Shown here: positions 29,975-32,000 of the stretch, one piece after another | How the letters are laid out: every line of letters begins with the position of its first letter | Position numbering within the stretch: position 1 is the first letter of the stretch | Source: Buchnera aphidicola str. APS (Acyrthosiphon pisum) | GTDB taxonomy: Bacteria; Pseudomonadota; Gammaproteobacteria; Enterobacterales; Enterobacteriaceae | Direction of reading: 5' to 3' | DNA length: 32,000 nt | Assembly (NCBI RefSeq): GCF_000009605.1 | Contig: NC_002528.1 | Coordinates: 210,001 to 242,000 of the forward strand | The notes under the pieces: generated by a model | Seen by the model: only the letters and a program-made list of their open reading frames with translations | Told to the model about the DNA's origin: nothing | Databases searched by the model: none | Translations under genes and position numbers: made by a program

Positions 29975-31293
29975 GTTATTTCCTTTATTAATTTTATAAA
30001 AAGATTACCTCTCTCTTCAAAGTTAGAAAATTGACCTAAGCTGCTGCACCCAGGAGACAAAAGAACGGTATCACCTGATTTGACTTGTTTTGAAATTAAA
30101 ATTACTGCTTTTTTTAAATTTTCAACATAAATAGATTTTTTTTCACATATTTTTGACAATTTAATGCCATCTCTTCCAAAACAGTAAATTTTTATTTTTA
30201 AAGTTCTAAAAATATTTTTTAATATATTAAAATTTGCAGATTTACTATCGCCGCCTAATAATAATCTTATTGTTCCAGTTGTTTTTATAGAATTTAAAGC
30301 AACTTGAGTACTATTTACATTTGTGGATTTAGAATCGTTTATCCAACGTACTCCTTTTTCATTTTTTATTATTTGAAATCGATGTGGTAAATTCGAGAAA
30401 CTTTTAAGTACATTTATTGCGTCATTTCTAGGGAATTGCATTGCATCTGAAATAGCTAAAGAGACTAATATATTATTGTAATTATGATATCCATATAATA
30501 ATATTTCACTAGTATTTAATATTTTTTTATTTTTAAAAAATAAAATAGGGTCATTGCTTTTAGAACAAATACGATAATCACTTCTATTTGTTCCAAAACT
30601 AATCCATTTTTTATTCTTACTATGAATAAGACTTTTTTCTATCTTATCATTAGAGTTAATTATACAAATTTCTGCTTGATTATAAACAGACAATTTAGTG
30701 TTTTTATATTGTTGGAATCCATTTGGGTATCGATTGATATGATCTTCGCTAATATTAAGAATAACTGCTATCTTAGATTTTAAATTAAATGTATTTTCTA
30801 GTTGAAAACTAGACAGTTCTATTATGTATAAATCTGCTTCTTTATCAAGTATTTCTAGTACGGGAACACCTATATTACCACCTAGAAAAGCTTTATATCC
30901 TGATTTTTTTGCAATTTTTTCAATCATGGTAGCTACAGTACTTTTTCCATTAGTCCCTGTTATTGAAATAATAGGACAGGTCACTTCTCTAGAAAATAGT
31001 TCAATATCACTAATAATCTCAATACCTAGCAAACGTGCTTTAATTAAAATAGGTTTAAATGAAGAAATACCCGGACTTATAACAATTAAGTCTGATTCTA
31101 GAATCCACTGATGGTCTAAACTTCCTAAACTATATTCAATATTTTGAGGAATTTTAATAAAATTTGAAGGATGTTTAGATTCATCAATAATTTTAGGTTT
31201 TATTCCTTTTTTTAAAAAAAAATTAATGCAAGATATTCCTGTTAAACCCATTCCTAAAATTAATATTTTTTTACCAAAATAATTATATGACAT
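29971..31293 (-). CDS. murD: UDP-N-acetylmuramoylalanine--D-glutamate ligase
   Basis: ORF track frame. [28 protein letters not shown] and [17 protein letters not shown] are present. I place the start at ATG 31293 ([19 protein letters not shown] against E. coli MADYQGKNVVIIGLGLTG). AAAGG lies 7 nt upstream, and the start overlaps the mraY stop as TGATG. The track start at 31350 lies inside mraY. Confidence 0.94.
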   Translation of the reverse strand: MSYNYFGKKILILGMGLTGISCINFFLKKGIKPKIIDESKHPSNFIKIPQNIEYSLGSLDHQWILESDLIVISPGISSFKPILIKARLLGIEIISDIELFSREVTCPIISITGTNGKSTVATMIEKIAKKSGYKAFLGGNIGVPVLEILDKEADLYIIELSSFQLENTFNLKSKIAVILNISEDHINRYPNGFQQYKNTKLSVYNQAEICIINSNDKIEKSLIHSKNKKWISFGTNRSDYRICSKSNDPILFFKNKKILNTSEILLYGYHNYNNILVSLAISDAMQFPRNDAINVLKSFSNLPHRFQIIKNEKGVRWINDSKSTNVNSTQVALNSIKTTGTIRLLLGGDSKSANFNILKNIFRTLKIKIYCFGRDGIKLSKICEKKSIYVENLKKAVILISKQVKSGDTVLLSPGCSSLGQFSNFEERGNLFIKLIKEIT

Positions 31294-32000
31294 CAACATA
31301 CCTTTAAAGAAATGAGACTTATGAGTAACAATATTAGTGACACAATCCAAAATCTTACGATAATCAAAGGTTCTAATATTCCTTTGACTTCATAATGGTG
31401 GTGAACTGGTGCCATTTGAAAAATTCTTTTTTTTCTTATTTTAAACGATATAATTTGTAATATCACAGATATTGTTTCAAAAACAAAAATACCACCCATG
31501 ATAATTAGTAGTAATTCTTGATGTAATAATATTGCTATAGCTCCTAAAGAACCACCTAATGCTAGTGATCCAACATCTCCCATGAACACTTTTGCTGGAT
31601 AGCTATTAAACCATAAAAAACCTAATCCTGAACCAACAATTGCCATACATAATATAGCTAGTTCTGTTGAATTTTTTACATATTGAACATGTAGATAATG
31701 TGAGATATTTATATTGTCGCTAAATAAAGATATTAATGTCAAACCACAAGTTAAAAAAATAACTGGCATAATAGCTAAACCATCTAATCCATCTGTTAGA
31801 TTAACTGCATTACTAGTGCCAACTAGTACAAAATAAGAAAGAAATATATATAAATAGTTTATTTCAAAATCATTCTTTATACAAAAGGGAATTATTAATT
31901 CAGTAGAAATAATATCTTTATTGTTTATCTTAATCATACAGATGAATATGAAAGCAATAATAGATAAAAAAAAATATTTCCATTTTAGTTTTAATCCTTG
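31293..32000 (-). CDS. mraY: Phospho-N-acetylmuramoyl-pentapeptide transferase, C-terminal ~235 codons (runs off the right window edge)
   Basis: The track ORF starts at an internal Met at 31937. The same frame stays open to 32000 ([21 protein letters not shown].., compare E. coli KGLIARWKYFWMSVIAL). [28 protein letters not shown] and MAPVHHHYE are present. Confidence 0.95.
   Translation of the reverse strand, partial: QGLKLKWKYFFLSIIAFIFICMIKINNKDIISTELIIPFCIKNDFEINYLYIFLSYFVLVGTSNAVNLTDGLDGLAIMPVIFLTCGLTLISLFSDNINISHYLHVQYVKNSTELAILCMAIVGSGLGFLWFNSYPAKVFMGDVGSLALGGSLGAIAILLHQELLLIIMGGIFVFETISVILQIISFKIRKKRIFQMAPVHHHYEVKGILEPLIIVRFWIVSLILLLISLISLKVC

Noticed and set aside
31294-31350. The track start of murD at 31350 ([24 protein letters not shown]...).
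   Set aside because: The extra 19 codons lie inside the mraY coding sequence and have no counterpart in E. coli MurD. ATG 31293 has a proper Shine-Dalgarno spacing and matches the E. coli N-terminus.
31935-31937. ATG 31937 as the mraY start (the 214-aa track ORF).
   Set aside because: The frame stays open to the window edge, and the upstream residues ([12 protein letters not shown]) align with E. coli MraY residues about 130-150. This is therefore an internal Met.
1-32000. I searched the whole window for a novel system: defence island, toxin-antitoxin, secretion system, CRISPR array, IS or phage remnants, tRNA or rRNA.
   Set aside because: Every ORF longer than about 110 aa on the sense strands aligns end to end with a well-known housekeeping protein. 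I saw no direct-repeat array, no terminal inverted repeats flanking a transposase-like ORF, and no tRNA-like GC-rich cloverleaf segments in the spacers. The honest reading is core genome.

Overview
This is a very AT-rich, gene-dense bacterial window, and every protein in it is a close homologue of an Escherichia coli housekeeping protein. Gene order: thrA(-) | hpt(+) | panC-panB(-) | dksA(-) | truA(+) | mrcB(+) | secA-mutT(+) | coaE(-) | guaC(+) | aceE-aceF-lpdA(+) | speD-speE(-) | mtnN/pfs(-) | erpA/yadR(-) | ftsZ-ftsA-ddlB-murC-murG-ftsW-murD-mraY(-). That order, the short spacers and the absence of E. coli neighbours and regulators (thrL, pdhR, secM, lpxC, ftsQ, zapD/yacG) fit a reduced gamma-proteobacterial insect endosymbiont, most likely Buchnera aphidicola. 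I make that identification from memory of synteny and cannot verify it here. There are 24 protein-coding loci. Both window edges cut genes: thrA on the left and mraY on the right. thrA is missing from the ORF track, but I checked codon by codon that its frame is open. I recognise no rRNA, tRNA, CRISPR, IS element, phage, defence or toxin gene. I did not find a novel multi-gene system; this reads as core genome. The points worth a second look are signs of gene erosion and retained cis elements. (1) ddlB is split by a frameshift inside an A11 run. (2) mutT is frameshifted inside an A9 run. (3) hpt ends at an in-frame TAA that replaces a conserved residue, and the conserved C-terminal motif is still encoded after it. 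(4) A thr-attenuator-like intrinsic terminator sits 28 nt upstream of thrA with no convincing leader peptide. (5) An isolated GC-rich hairpin lies downstream of ftsZ, where E. coli has lpxC-secM-secA. (6) Two long perfect inverted-repeat terminators follow guaC and lpdA. (7) Several in-frame A10 tracts sit in intact genes. No database search, RNA folding or composition statistics could be run. All alignments are to E. coli sequences recalled from memory.
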